Assembly: GCA_002633005.1 (NCBI GenBank)
Contig: NMRA01000877.1
Coordinates: forward strand, 47,421-111,420
DNA: 64,000 bases
DNA from: Phoronis australis
Lineage: Eukaryota > Animalia > Phoronida
Reading direction: 5' to 3'
The notes under the pieces are model-generated. The model was given only the letters and a program-made list of their open reading frames with translations. It was not told the origin of the DNA and did not search any database. The translations under genes and the position numbers were made by a program. Positions 11,793-24,483 of this stretch are shown piece after piece (the stretch's first letter is position 1; every line of letters starts with the position of its first letter).

Positions 11793-13358
11793 AGGAGAAT
11801 GCCACCCGATTTAATTAGTCTTTTATACCGTTTTAATCGGTCTATATCCACATCGCCTCTTATACGGTCAACCTCACCTTGCCGAGAGGTGTCGCGTTAA
11901 CCTGTGAGGAAGGTGAGAACCGACGCAGCGACGTCTGTGGTTCATCTGCAGAGTGAATGTCGCTATATTGCGGTACATCGATCGTTCCCGCTTGTCCGAA
12001 CTATGGAGCTTCGAAGAAAGCGGGTATATCGCGTTTTCGACTTCCTCGAAAGCCCCAAATGCTAAGGAAGTGGCTTGCGGTGGTGAAGAATGAAAGGTAC
12101 GCTGTTAATAACAAGTGAAACATCTCCGTGTCTGATCTCTGACAAAATGCGGCTTACCAAAAACTATTCATCACTTCCATTGCCTGTGAATGTACACCGC
12201 GCCTCTCTAGTATTTCTTAATTGATCAGTGTATTCAGGTTCGAACTGATAGCCTGTGAAACCTAACGATCCGACCCTTAAAGTCTTCGTCGGATGAGCTC
12301 TTGACTAAGTCGGGATTGGCGCCGGGCGAGTTGCCATGTACACGTTTATTATTCTGCGTTGTTTCAAAATGAATTATTCTCATCCTAACCAATGCTTATA
12401 TGAAACTGAAACCAAGCCTGTCTCATATTAGATACAATTTATAATGCCTAGGAGTGCTCGTGAGTGCAAATGTTTTGAGAAGCCAGCAGTGAATAAACCA
12501 CTGCGTTACCGGCTTCTGATGTCGGCAACAAAGGTAACTGACCGGGCACCGAGTCCGTGTGAGCGCATGCTAATTCAGTGTTTGCTGACAGAAAGCTGTT
12601 GTGAAACAATTACTCGATTTTATATACATGTACTATGGTCACTTGTTAGGGGAATCTTTAGTTAGAAATGCAAATACATTATTCAAATCATTGTTACTGT
12701 ACAACATTTGCCATGACGGTCTGTGGAAGGTGAACATGACTTTGCGGCCCCCGACCATTAAGTAGGTTTTCAGTTTCGCTGCTAATTCGCATAAATAACT
12801 ACGCGCACATTATTTCTTTGGTTCACCATTAAAGTCTTTTCGTGACTGGAGGTTTAGTTTCCAACTCAAGCTGGTTTATGTCCGTGCCAGACCCGGCGGC
12901 CGCGACGGGCCTGATCGGGTTCCGTGCCACTGGATGGGATAACGAGCGTTTTGTGTGTTTAGAACTCAAAAAATCACAAGTATAAACAACACAGATCTAG
13001 GTTCTCCTGTCTGTATTTCACGGAAGAATACTGTTCAAATTCATCTCTGAACAGACCCCAAACTCCTTCTACGGACCTTGGTAAAGTGTCCTGCCGAACA
13101 TTGTAGGAAAGTTGTGCCCAAATACCAGTATTTATTGGTGTTAAACGATGAATTCAAGGGATAAGCTGATACCACTAACACGTGTTGTGAACTGCTGAAC
13201 AGAGTGCGTGGGAAACCAATTACGTCATTGGGTAATATCAACACCTCCGTCTGCCGTCGTGTGTCAGGTAACGCAACGGAACCTACCGTTATCGAGTAGA
13301 ACTGCTCGATCTAAATTGATTCAAAATACATAGGTTGTTTTTTGGGTGGCATGCTCCT
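11793..13358 (+). mobile_element. Kolobok-like non-autonomous DNA transposon with both ends, 1566 bp, TTAA TSD
   Basis: TTAA[aggagaatgccaccc...gggtggcatgctcct]TTAA; 15-bp TIR (14/15), RR..YY termini; THAP relic inside; further copies at 3219-4035 and 35850-41907. Confidence 0.85.
11957..12117 (+). pseudogene. THAP domain fragment of the Kolobok-like element
   Basis: MSLYCGTSIVPACPNYGASKKAGISRFRLPRKPQMLRKWLAVVKNERYAVNNK*; the C-H half is deleted in this copy but present in the 37039-37339 copy. Confidence 0.75.
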
Positions 13359-14099
13359 TTAATATTCGATAACTTAGCCGCGATGTTGAAGGGAACCTAT
13401 TCGCTAATTACTCTGATAATGCATCGATTTCAAAAATTCAATGACGCCTTCCATTTAGTTTCAATTTTAAAACCGGCCACGTTAGCCTTTTGTCTTCTGT
13501 TCGTTTTCTAGACTACGCAAAACAGACTTGTTGGCTTACGATTGCAGTTACCTCATCCAACATGTATAGCGACTAGGTCACTTCAATCCGTGACTGCGTC
13601 ATCAAGCCTTTGAAGTGCAGATGACTTCGCTGAACACTGTGGGGTAAACAGTGCATGCTTTCTCCATTAGCGTGCAAATCCAGTTAGCATAAGATTTGCC
13701 TGTTTCCAAAACCATATATGTTATAACTAAATGTATGCGCTCTCCAAACTTAAAATATGGGGGGCTCGAATTTTTCAGTATGTGTACCTTTTACTAAACA
13801 AAAACGAGGACTTCAAAAAAGAGAAGAAAATGGTATTACGTTTGCGCTGAATTCTTGTGGATTTTCGTCAAGTTTTCCCGGACTTCTTGTTTCTCTTTGG
13901 CGAACTTTTTTGCCTACTTAGGCAAATGGAGGAGCTCGTTCGAGTCCCCAGAGCGGCCCTCGCCTGCATGCGTGCGCGCATGGTTGGTAAGGCCTGTCCA
14001 TTTTCGAAATTCACTATAGGCCTAGCTATTTTCGAAATGAACACAACATATAATAAATTAGTGTCTTGTGATTTAATTGTACTCGGTTTTCTTATAGTG

Positions 14100-14583
14100 T
14101 GTCATAACCATGCAGGTATCACTTAATTTTCCTCGGGAATTTGTTTACACCGGCGTTTCTGATTGGCTAGTCGAATTGTGAACAGGCAACACTTTACGCA
14201 AACAAACTGGCATGACTGATGGACTGAAGTGTAAAATGTGATACGTTGTTCAGACAAATCGGTGCTTAAAATTTATGTTCAGGAAATGTGAATCCTAGAA
14301 ATTGTGATCGCGCCTTTTCCGCCGGAGTGCTTCTTTCTACTGTCGACCGAAGGCATTTGCTTACGATACTGTCCTGTATTTATCCAGTATGAATAACGCA
14401 CCGGTTAAATCGGCCAAATGTATTTATTGTACATGTATGTGCTTCAACTACGCGGCTATTAAACATCACTACAGAAACGAAATATTTGCAGCGGCGCCAC
14501 TTGCATGACAAGGCTAAAATCGTTCACAGTCCGCCATTTTTTCATGGTGTTGTAAAGCTAACCAATGACTGCTGAGGTTACGT
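14100..14583 (+). repeat. Repeat family C, left part (split by the 14584-17641 insertion; resumes at 17642-17730)
   Basis: Collinear with the uninterrupted copy at 52450-52925. Confidence 0.85.
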
Positions 14584-15121
14584 CATAGACTATATTACAT
14601 GGACCGCCTACTCCGTATACTTTCAATGGACGAAATCTGTGATCTTACGCAAAAGCCCTTACGTCATTATTCACTGGCTACACCTGGCTAAATTTTCTGG
14701 TGCAATTTCCGGCAAGTACGTCGTCTGCTAATCATGGTCGGCTACCGTGTGGCCGGTTGTTCGGCAAAGGAATTAGCGTCCATACCATCCGAAGACCCCA
14801 TAATCGGCTGTGGGAAGAAAAGCTTACTTCTTGTGTCAACGTGAATGGCAGTTGTTTCAGCAATAAGACTTTATACATTTGTTGAAGGCAATTCGAAGAT
14901 GAATGTTTTTAAGAAGCTCTACTACTTCATCCAGTCCTCACAAATCCATTTTTCTTTTCTCCGTTTTGATGAAAACTATCTGGTAAACTTTTTGACGAAA
15001 ATAGTCCGCTAAATTTCTTCCAAAGGTAGTGAGGCATGAACTCCCGTCCTTACGAGGAACTTCAGTCATAGTCTAGTGAGCGAATTAACCAAATTACTCT
15101 CCGCTGGCCCTGATCAGACGG

Positions 15122-15424
15122 TTGATCCAACAGAATGCGCAAATTTGGCCAGGATTTGGATCAGCGATTTCAACAAATTCACATCCGTATACAAATAAAT
15201 GGAACGCTGGTAAAACCTTTCACATAAATAAAGATTACATTAATACTTCAGAAATAACCACCTGGACCAGTCAAACTCTATCTCGCAATTCAACAGCAGG
15301 TTACACAATATATGCCGCACAAAATCTCTCGACTGCAGTCTATGAAAATGCAACCAACTTCTTTGAAAACATGGAAAAGGAACACCAGAGGGGTGTGAAG
15401 GTTGTTTTTATTCTTCAATGTTAA
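15122..15424 (+). other. Unassigned 100-codon open frame (Ser/Thr/Asn-rich, several N-glycosylation sequons) inside the P-like element
   Basis: Open frame with NTS, NST, NLS and NAT sequons; no ATG start and no strong splice sites; no family recognised. Confidence 0.3.
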
Positions 15425-15649
15425 ATTCTTGTAAGCAGACAAATGTTTTTTACATTTCCGCCTTAAGTCTTAACATTTCTAAACTTAAGCCATTCAAGCG
15501 AACGTTTATGACGAAAACAAAATTCTTCAACCAGTTTTGTAAAGTAATATGCCACCTGTAGGGTACATAATGAGCCAATCCCACTCCTAATGTAACAAAA
15601 GAGTCCCGTGCATAAAGGGTACTAAGTATTGCCCTTATGAAATATTACC

Positions 15650-15720
15650 GTATTCGCCCTAATAAGCGGCCAGGGCGCTTAGAAAAATCCGCTTCAGGAA
15701 GGGGGCGTTTATTATAGCCC
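15650..15720 (+). mobile_element. Terminus of a Tc1/mariner-pogo-type MITE (TA|CCGTATTCGCCC...)
   Basis: taccgtattcgccctaataagcggccagggcgctta is typical of TA-TSD CCGTA elements; the partner end was not found. Confidence 0.4.
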
Positions 15721-18700
15721 AAAAGTGGTTGAAACCCTGTCTCCGAAACAGGTGAAATCGTAAGCTAGACTTCATCAAATTTACGCTCTGTGACGAATAT
15801 GTAACCTGTGACAGAGTTTCTACAAAACTGCAGTGCATTGCTATCAAACTCTGTAGTCAACTTACGAGCATTTTTCAGAAAATCCCACTGCCAAAAATTG
15901 CCGTGAATCAGGTTTCAAGGTCCTCAGCTTGGTTTAACTATACATTAATAAACCATAACAATGGTTCCAAGTGATCAGTGCATGTGCCTTCGCACGTCTA
16001 ATAAATGTGTATCATGCAGCTCCTGATTTAAACAAAGGTCTGTTTTTTAATTTAATTTTGGTCCGGTATAAATAACGCCACAGACCTGGAAATCCAGCGA
16101 AACACTTCTACCTTACAAATCTGACAATCCCTAGTCTCAGAAAATTTGAGCACCCGGCAAAAGATACTACTGAATGATGAAATTCTGGTGATGATAATCA
16201 CCCACTTTGTTTATTTACTTCACCTCAATTTGAACTACGTGGTAAAATGAAGCCCATTCGAGTAAGCATCATGTGGGTCCCAATGCGAACCCAATATATG
16301 ATAGAACCCAACAAGTTCATGTTACAGTCAAATCAGGATGGGCATAACTAAGGAAATTTACTGTACCAACAGATTGGCCAAATAAGAATAAGGTAAAAAG
16401 TTTTGCTACAGTGCACACGTGCGCGATACTTGGTCTACTATTTTCCCGCCGTAAATGCATGAACCAATCAGATCACCAATGGCGCAAAGTTTTGGAAAAC
16501 AGCTCGAGTTTTAGGGAGTCCTGCTACTGTTCTATTTATTTTCAAAACTTTATTGTGTCACATTTAATTTATTTTCTATTCAACTGAATGAAGCCACCTA
16601 ATATGAATGCTTTCAACACAATTAATGCATTGTAAAAAACAAAAGTTATGCTCTATCAACGTTAGACAAAATCAGTACACCCCTTTCTTAAAATGGGTTA
16701 AAAGTTAGAAAAAAAGGACACAAGTTTCCATCATTTGTAACGTAGATTTTCGACATTGATGTCTGAAGACAGCAGCACCAGGAATCGTACGAAGGCGATG
16801 GTTTTCTAAATTTGATTCGTTTTCGTTGTATGTCTTTTTTCCCTATGGTTCAGGGTTACTTCTGAATCCAGGAACAAGAACTGAAAGAGGCAGGGTTCGT
16901 GATAACGTTGGAGAACGTTAACATTTATATAAGGTCAACTGTCATCGATATTGTCATCTTCTCTGTTTTTATCTAACCTTCCCAGATGAAAACTTGAATG
17001 AAGAGGACCCTGAGTACTTGAGTGAGCATGGTATACCGTGTGATTTATGTTGAATTATTCAACAGTTCTTTTAAGAACCATTTCACGCTATACCTACAAC
17101 CAAGGGCCCTTTTAAGGGCAACTAAACACTTCCCAGAAGAACTGCTCACTTGAGAATGTTGAATTATAAACATGCAAAGGTTAAAATAGTCAAATCGTTG
17201 CAGAGGCGCATTTTTTAATTCGAGCAAAATTGATATTTTTTCTGAACCAAAAACAGATACTCCTTGGAATTTGTGCACAAACATGCTTTCGCAGTTTTCT
17301 CAGTAGGCCTATGCGAACCATAAATCACAAACTGTTCGATAACTATGGTGCTATGCTATTGGGCAAGCAGACGACATAATCAGTCGGCACCGAACTTTGA
17401 ATTTTGTAATTATTTACCAGTAGCATTGCCAAAAGTACCCAGGATACCAACACTTCTGCTATTGAAAGACTTTGAACAGCGTTTCAATGCCGAAATTAAT
17501 ATTAATTTTTTCGTTGTACTGGACAGTAATGTAGATGAAAATATTTCTCGTCAAAATACTCTAACCGGAAACTGTACCAGAAAGGTCAGGCTAGCATGTA
17601 AGAAAATGCCGGAGTTGCGAATCTGTTGTCTATAATCTATGGTTACATCAACCAATGCTAAAGCGCGTGACACTGCGTGTTACCGGCGGGCTGGCTAGGC
17701 AATCTAGGGAATCAGCGAGAGGTGTGGGCCTGTTTCGGGAAAATCACCCGTGCGTGTTTGCATTTTAGCACACACGGGACATACTTTTAATTAAACTCAA
17801 TTTTGTCAATACACAGATATGCATTTCGTATAACCGGGAAACGCACTGTGATAATCTGAAGTTACCTCAAAATCGGCCTGTGTATAAGCGCCATCATGCT
17901 TGTACGAAAACTGGCCATTTTAAGACAGCACGCAGCAGGTAGAATGGTGGTGTATCCCCTGGCGTGCGGAGTGTAATAATGACCAGTTACCGATTTTGCG
18001 AACCGTGATAATGATGGACTACTGGAAGAAAAAGTTTGATAATGGGAGTATTTGTTGCAGTTGGAAGGAATTAAAGACATCGACGGCCTCCTAAGGTGTA
18101 TTTATAAAATGTATTTTGTAAGAACGCGACCTTGATGGTTTAGTCAGTGTGAGGCATAATTTCCGAAAAGCTTACGGCGTATGAAGCTGCTATACGAGCT
18201 ACACCGTCTAGGGCCAGTTAGAGACCGGTCACTGTCTAATAGAGACGCTTGAACTGTCATGATATGACCACTGCGCAAAAGTTAGTTCAATGGTCTGCAC
18301 AATATACATATACGTGTTGTGGACTTACCTACCACATGCAGCAGATTAGAATAAACAAGACTGACCACAAAGCAACTTTGTCTGGCAAAAACATCATTAC
18401 GCGAAGCTATTATATAATGTACGTCATAACACCACCGTGGACCTGGAATTGCTGCAATGATATCACTCGTTGGAACTTGCATTCCCGAGACTGAACGCGA
18501 CTGGCTGCAAGAGTTTGCAGTGTGAATATTCTTTGCACGACTAAGTTTTGCTCTAGTGTTGTAGTTACCAAGTCCGGCTCAATTTCATGAATTCAATTTC
18601 ATTTTGTCATTTTGGTTCTCATGTAAATCAATAAGCGAGACGCTTGAAGTACAGCCCAGTGTACCTAACCTGGTTCCCGGGCCTCACACGCTGACGTCAC

Positions 18701-18815
18701 GGATAGCTTGTGAATCTAGAGGGTCTGTGCAGGGGACAACAGAGTACTAGGCAGTGATTTCTCGGCACATTTGTCAACAAACTTGACAATTCCACTGGTA
18801 ATTCTTTAAGGGCAC

Positions 18816-18973
18816 TGATACGCTGTAAAATGCAACAATTTCATTATTACAATTTACGTTGCTAAGCCTCTGCTAAAATGTAACAAGTTGTTACATTTTA
18901 GGAGAGGTCTAGCCACGTAAAATGTAACATGGTTGTTACATTTTACGAAATTGTTACATTTCACGGCGTACCA
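18816..18973. mobile_element. Foldback MITE built of aaatgtaaca/tgttacattt subrepeats
   Basis: TIRs tgatacgctgtaaaatgcaacaatttc / gaaattgttacatttcacggcgtacca; internal palindromes. Confidence 0.7.
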
Positions 18974-20499
18974 AGGCCCTTTGCCCTGTAAACTGATGGA
19001 TTGTGTTCTTGATCAAGGGAGTGTGGAAGAGACTAGTCACAGACTCAAATTCCGCGAAGGGATACATAAATAAAAGCAAGCACTTCCATCAACCTTCCTC
19101 TATCATAAGCCTTTTATTTAACCAATCGAGACCATATCACCGATAACACAAAGCGAAAATTCCCAGTCACCTGAGATGTAACCTGTTCAACCTTTAGTAA
19201 TGCTCCTATTGATCTTCCTTTGGCCATACCCTTTTGCCTTTGAGGAGGTCTCATTGATAGTATATTTTCCTGTACGTGACCACTCCCAGGGTCCTGCAGT
19301 TTGAGAAACAGATTTCTCCAGTGAATATCAGACATCAAATTTGTTGCCTCCCTATTACAATAGGCCAAAAGTACATTGTAATGCAACTTCTAAACATAGT
19401 TATTGTTGATGCACTTTTTTATTTTGAGGTGCGTAAGGTTACGTAATATTACGTGTGTGAATTGGCTCAAGCTTCTTATTTAACCGACGTTCCGGTTCTA
19501 TCCGGCCTTCTTATCATGTACCGCTACTTTAACGCTAACGAAAGTTTGTTTCTTCATGGAGCCTAGTGAGAGCCAATATTATTGTAGGTTTATGCTGTTT
19601 TTGTTTTTTTTTTTATACTACCGTAGAATGCACTCGCTGTTTCTCGTATTGTACAAGACTGTTTAGCACATTTTATTTTACTGTGTATTTTTATTTTATT
19701 ATAACGCGAACGTATTTCCCGAGACTTATTATTCATTATGTTTGTTTCAGTGAAACCGGCCGTATCGGATTGACAGTATGCAGTCGACGTTAACTACTTT
19801 TGTGAATAAACGTATCATATCCGACTAAAGTATCCCGTGGCTCCTACAGTGTACATACATGATTATGTAAAATCGGTTCAATACACGACACTTGTAGCTG
19901 TTAACAATCTTTATTCCATTCCGTTCGTATCCTCGAAACATACTTGTTACATTCTCAAGTCGAAATAAATTGACCCAGTAATACTACCACAAAGCAAAAG
20001 CTAGTGGAATACGCAGTGGGGCACATTGCAAAGACTGACTAATGGTGGGGGTTGCAAGAATGTCGAGCAAACAATGCGGCATGAACCTGTTTGCTGTTCA
20101 TTCAAAACAGGCTTCTCGAATGCAATCAAAAGGGACTTCAATACTTTCAATCGCAGCACGTCGTGCTCTACATATCTACTGATATGACCTGTTCGCCACA
20201 GTTTCGTGACGAATGATACTTATGATTATGAAAGTACATGTAGGCATGCTAATTAGACCTAATATCCATTTCTCTATTTCAGCGTCTGAACATGCTCTAA
20301 ATAAAAAGGACATGTTGTAAATATCACAAACTCATGGAATATCTGTAAAATAATATGGTATTGAGAGTTTTATCTGGCTTTTTATCTACCAATATCTGGG
20401 AAGGGAGGTATTGTCTTGATAAGACCTGTCTATCACGTAGCTCGGAAGTCACATATTGGAGATTTTGTTTGCAAGTCTATGAATCTATTTATCCTTGTT

Positions 20500-22490
20500 A
20501 TTTCATTGACATTTACGTAATATCTAAAATAGGCATTATGTCTTTAAACTGTAGAGATTTACGAAATTTTCAAAAACGCAAGAATGTTATATTTATTGTC
20601 TCCATGACACACATTTCATAGAATCAGACCATGGCACGAATAGGGCCTAGTGGGGCTTTGACATTTTTGTCAATCCTGGTAGAAGAGAAGCAAGGGGTGA
20701 GGCTATCCTAATTAATAATTATTTTGAATATGATATTACAAATAGTTATAATGATGAAAAGGGGATTCTTTTAATTATTGAAATAGTGATGGAAAAAACT
20801 CAGTTACCCTACATAGCTTGCATATAGGGTCCTAAACAAGAGTCTCCACTTTTTTATCAAAACAACAGTTCGCATCTCTCTGTTCAACTCCGAATTTATT
20901 GTTCTGCGCGGAGATTGGAAATTGGTCCAAGATTATGACCGGGACTGTTTTGGTTATATCAATCTGAACAATCCTCTGGCTAGAAAAACAGTTCTAAATT
21001 TAAAACAAGCATTTAATTTGGTTGATCCTTGGAGAGTCTGTAATCCCGACCGTACCTCTTTTACTTGGAATGGGAAAAACCCCGTTAAGAAATCACGCCT
21101 TGACTCTCTTCTAATTTCCCACGAGTTATCATCTTCGTTAAACGCGCTAGAAATAAACCCAGGCTACTGAACGGATCATTCAGCCATTCGGTTGGAGGTA
21201 AAATTGCACTTTATTGAACGTGGCAAAGGCTTATGTCGTGTTTGACAATATCCAACGATCAGTTCTATAAAGATTTAGAAAAACAATTAAAAATAATATT
21301 TGGGAGGAAAGTGTGACAGAATTAGTCGCAAAACCATGATTCAACATTATGACGCTGGTGGTTGTAAAATGATAGATGTCTGTAAAGGCAATTAAGATAA
21401 CATGGATGCCTAGGATCTTAAAAGCCACAAGTTCTACAGCGGCGTGGTTAAGTCTCATTTCAAACACTGATTTAGTACCAATGGATTATCTAAAATTTGG
21501 GAACTTTTTCCATAAACAAGCCGCTTCTCAAACTGAGAAACTTTTTAGAGGGAACTATTTAGTTTTCTGTGTGATTTCTCTAATATAATAGATCAGGAGG
21601 AAATATCATATCAGTTTGGTATAACACTAATACTTTGATTGGTTGAGAAATTGTGTTTTGGAGAAGATGGTTTGAAATAGGTGTTTCTCAGACCTACTAG
21701 ACGATCATGGATATTTGCTATCTTTTGAAGAATTTTTCAAAAAGTTCAATTTTAGACCAATGTTTTTGAATTTTTAAGGTCTCAGAGAAGCTGTTTGGCA
21801 GAAATGAAAAATCTCAAAAACAGACAAATTGTCCTTCTGTGTACCCTTTATCCCAGTTTATGTGAAATTATTACTTGCAGACAAAAAGGGCAAAAAACAA
21901 ATATACAACATTTTTGTGCTACACAAATATTCTAGGCCTAGGTCTGAGATGAGGTTGCAGACTGAACTTGCTATACCAGACACTATTGAATGGCGGAAAA
22001 TACCTACGTTGTGAACTTCACGCTTGAAGTGAAACTTCGTTGATTTCAGTTTAGACTTTCACATAGGATAATCAGCTGTAACTCTTATCTTGTTAAAATT
22101 GGGGTTAGTAACTCCCCCTTGTGTAAGTCTTGTAAGAGTGAACCTGAGACTTTGCTTCACTTATACTGACAATGTGATACTGTTCAAAAATTTTGGAGCA
22201 GTGTAATGAGGATTGGGTTAGAAGATAACCCAATATTTCCCTGCGTACAAATGTGCATACAGTTTTATTTGGAAACAGATGTAGAAGCCAACCAATTCAA
22301 AATGTAATCGTGTGTCGCAAGTTTCATTTATATAAGCAACGTCTCAATGGTAAACCTCCAAATTTAATTTCATTGACAAAAGAATCTGAACTATGTGATT
22401 TTTGTGAAAAATACATTTATTCAAAAAGTTGGGAAATACAAAAAATTACAAAACAGATGGTCACAAATGCATAATTTAGTAGCAATGTAA
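20500..22490 (+). mobile_element. L1/Tx1-clade non-LTR retrotransposon ORF2 relic (APE endonuclease plus C-terminal zf-RVT; RT core deleted)
   Basis: IMSLNCRDLRN..KR, (R)GV/EAILINN, LRGDW, LVDPWR..NP..FTW, SRLD, TDHSA motifs (20530-21230); downstream KLR*FQFRLSHRII..N..L..IG..SPLCKSCKSEPETLLHLY*QC..VQKFW (22020-22200); many stops and frameshifts. Confidence 0.9.
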
Positions 22491-23164
22491 GGATATTTCA
22501 TCACTCCAAAATACTCTTTCCCTTTTCAGAGGCAATTATGTTTTTGTCTTAATGTGCTTCTAAAATCCAGTTCAAGTACAATGTATGTTTTTGGCTGTAA
22601 TTTTAAACTTTTCTTTCAATGAATTGTAAAGTAAGGCAAGGGAATTCCAGACCCTTGTCCTTGCTTATGTTGAACTGGGAGAATAAAAAACATAAAAAAG
22701 AGTTTGATCTGCAACGTGATTTTGTGAAAATGAAGTTTTCCCTCAGGACTCTTGTATGGCTTTTTAAACAAGAAAAACCGGAGCTCACTTTCAGTATCGC
22801 ACTGAACGTGAATATTCACTTGCCACAATAGAATCAGTTCTAATGTTGAGTAGTGGCGAGATACATGTAACTTGCGATTGAATTGAAGAAGTCAAAATTT
22901 GGAAGGACCAGTTAGCACTGTTATTTTCTTTAGGGTTTTGTGACGCCAACAAAGATTCAGTGTTCGCAAGGAAACGATACATGCAGTTTTAAGTGATATA
23001 ATTTTGCATGCAGACGAAAAACAATTATATAATAACATGAAGTAAAACCACCAACTGAAACAAAATACCACAAGGTTAGGCAATGCTGTCTGTCAGAGCA
23101 AGCAAAAATACAAACTTCATCAGAAACACTTGAATAGAGTCTTAAGTGGTAGCTTTATAATCTT

Positions 23165-23890
23165 TCCCCAAAACTGAAGTTAAATTGAATTTTAAAATAT
23201 ATTCTGTACTGTTTTACTGAACATATTTCACCAATTTGGGGCACTTTTGTAATTTAAAGAAGTTTTGACTTGTTCTGTTTAATACATTTGAGCAATAAAG
23301 TTCAAGTTCATTTTGAGCCCCAGAAAGTTCAACATGGTTCTTGAAAAATAACTGAGTTTACCTTTCTGGAAGTGTTCCTAAATGGAAATGATGAGATAAA
23401 GTGAATAAATTTGTTGAGGAATCGATTAGGTCATGATTTGTAAGTGTGACGCTGAAAGTGCACTTTAAGGATTTTTCCACGGGAGAAAGTGACAAGGCAG
23501 TAAATTAAAAAATACATTTTCGCACGTTTATCACAAAAATATATAACGTACACTCCAAGTTGAAAGCAGAATTTATTAGCAAACAAATTGATATTAATAT
23601 CATTAAAATCAGTTCAATTACAGCCATTTAGCAGCTCAAAGTTTATTCCCTAACTATAAGTGACAAGAATTTACCAGAGAGTGAAAAGTGTGTGAATGCT
23701 GGCATTATTTTGATTTTTAAAAATATTTGTTAATGCCCCCGTTAGCTGTTATGGATATAAGAGAAAGAAGAAAGTCTAAATATTTGGATGGCATACTTCT
23801 CATTTTCCACCACTTTGTATGCTAATAGATATGAGCTTGTGAAAATCATGAAAAATGTCAAAATTTAGCTCTTGCTGAATTTTGTCCATA
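23165..23890 (+). repeat. Repeat family D, copy 1
   Basis: Diverged inverted homolog of 60710-61315. Confidence 0.7.
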
Positions 23891-24483
23891 TAGTCACAGT
23901 GGTTTGGTTTGCTTTGTTTTGTAGACGTAGTGACATACGATTAATAGCTAGATTAAGGTCGAGCCAAAATTCTTACAAAATCACAAACTTCAATTCAATT
24001 TTATTGTAAACGACTGCGAATTCAATCACATGAATTCCATTGAATTCAACCTTTTCATTGGGCCAAACCCCTCGATTCTTGTGTTAAACTGTCGCAGTAC
24101 CAGGGCCGATCAACAAAAACTTGTCAAGTTAGGTCCGGCTCGTTTCGTAGCAAAAATCAGACTTGTATGGCTGGTATACGCGATTTAGCTTGCATAAAAT
24201 ACAGCAAGTTACTTTCAAATTCAAACATTTTCTCGAAATGTGCGAAATAAAAACCAAAGTTAACCTTCGTTATTATAGACAGATTCCATTACGGAAACAG
24301 CCGAATTCCTGGGGAGCGCTTTATTGAGGTCACGCCATTACAAGCATGTCAGACTAAACACTGCAGTCAGTACAGTCTGTCTGTAAAACAAGCCATCTGA
24401 GCTTGTGTGCCTGCTTGTGTTATGTATTTGGTAGCAGATCAGCTGATTTGAAATCATTGATAGGGGGTGAAACCTAAAGCCAG

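Larger units (their letters stand above)
14584..17641. mobile_element. P-superfamily-like element, 3058 bp, 7-bp TSD, with exon-like cargo
   Basis: gttacgt[catagactata...tataatctatg]gttacat; empty site visible at about 52847; right end matches the reverse complement of 6798-6850. Confidence 0.85.

Noticed and set aside
12097-12102. Splice donor ending a THAP exon in the Kolobok copy
   Set aside because: The sister copy (37039-37339) reads through this point into VCDRHF, so the domain is contiguous.
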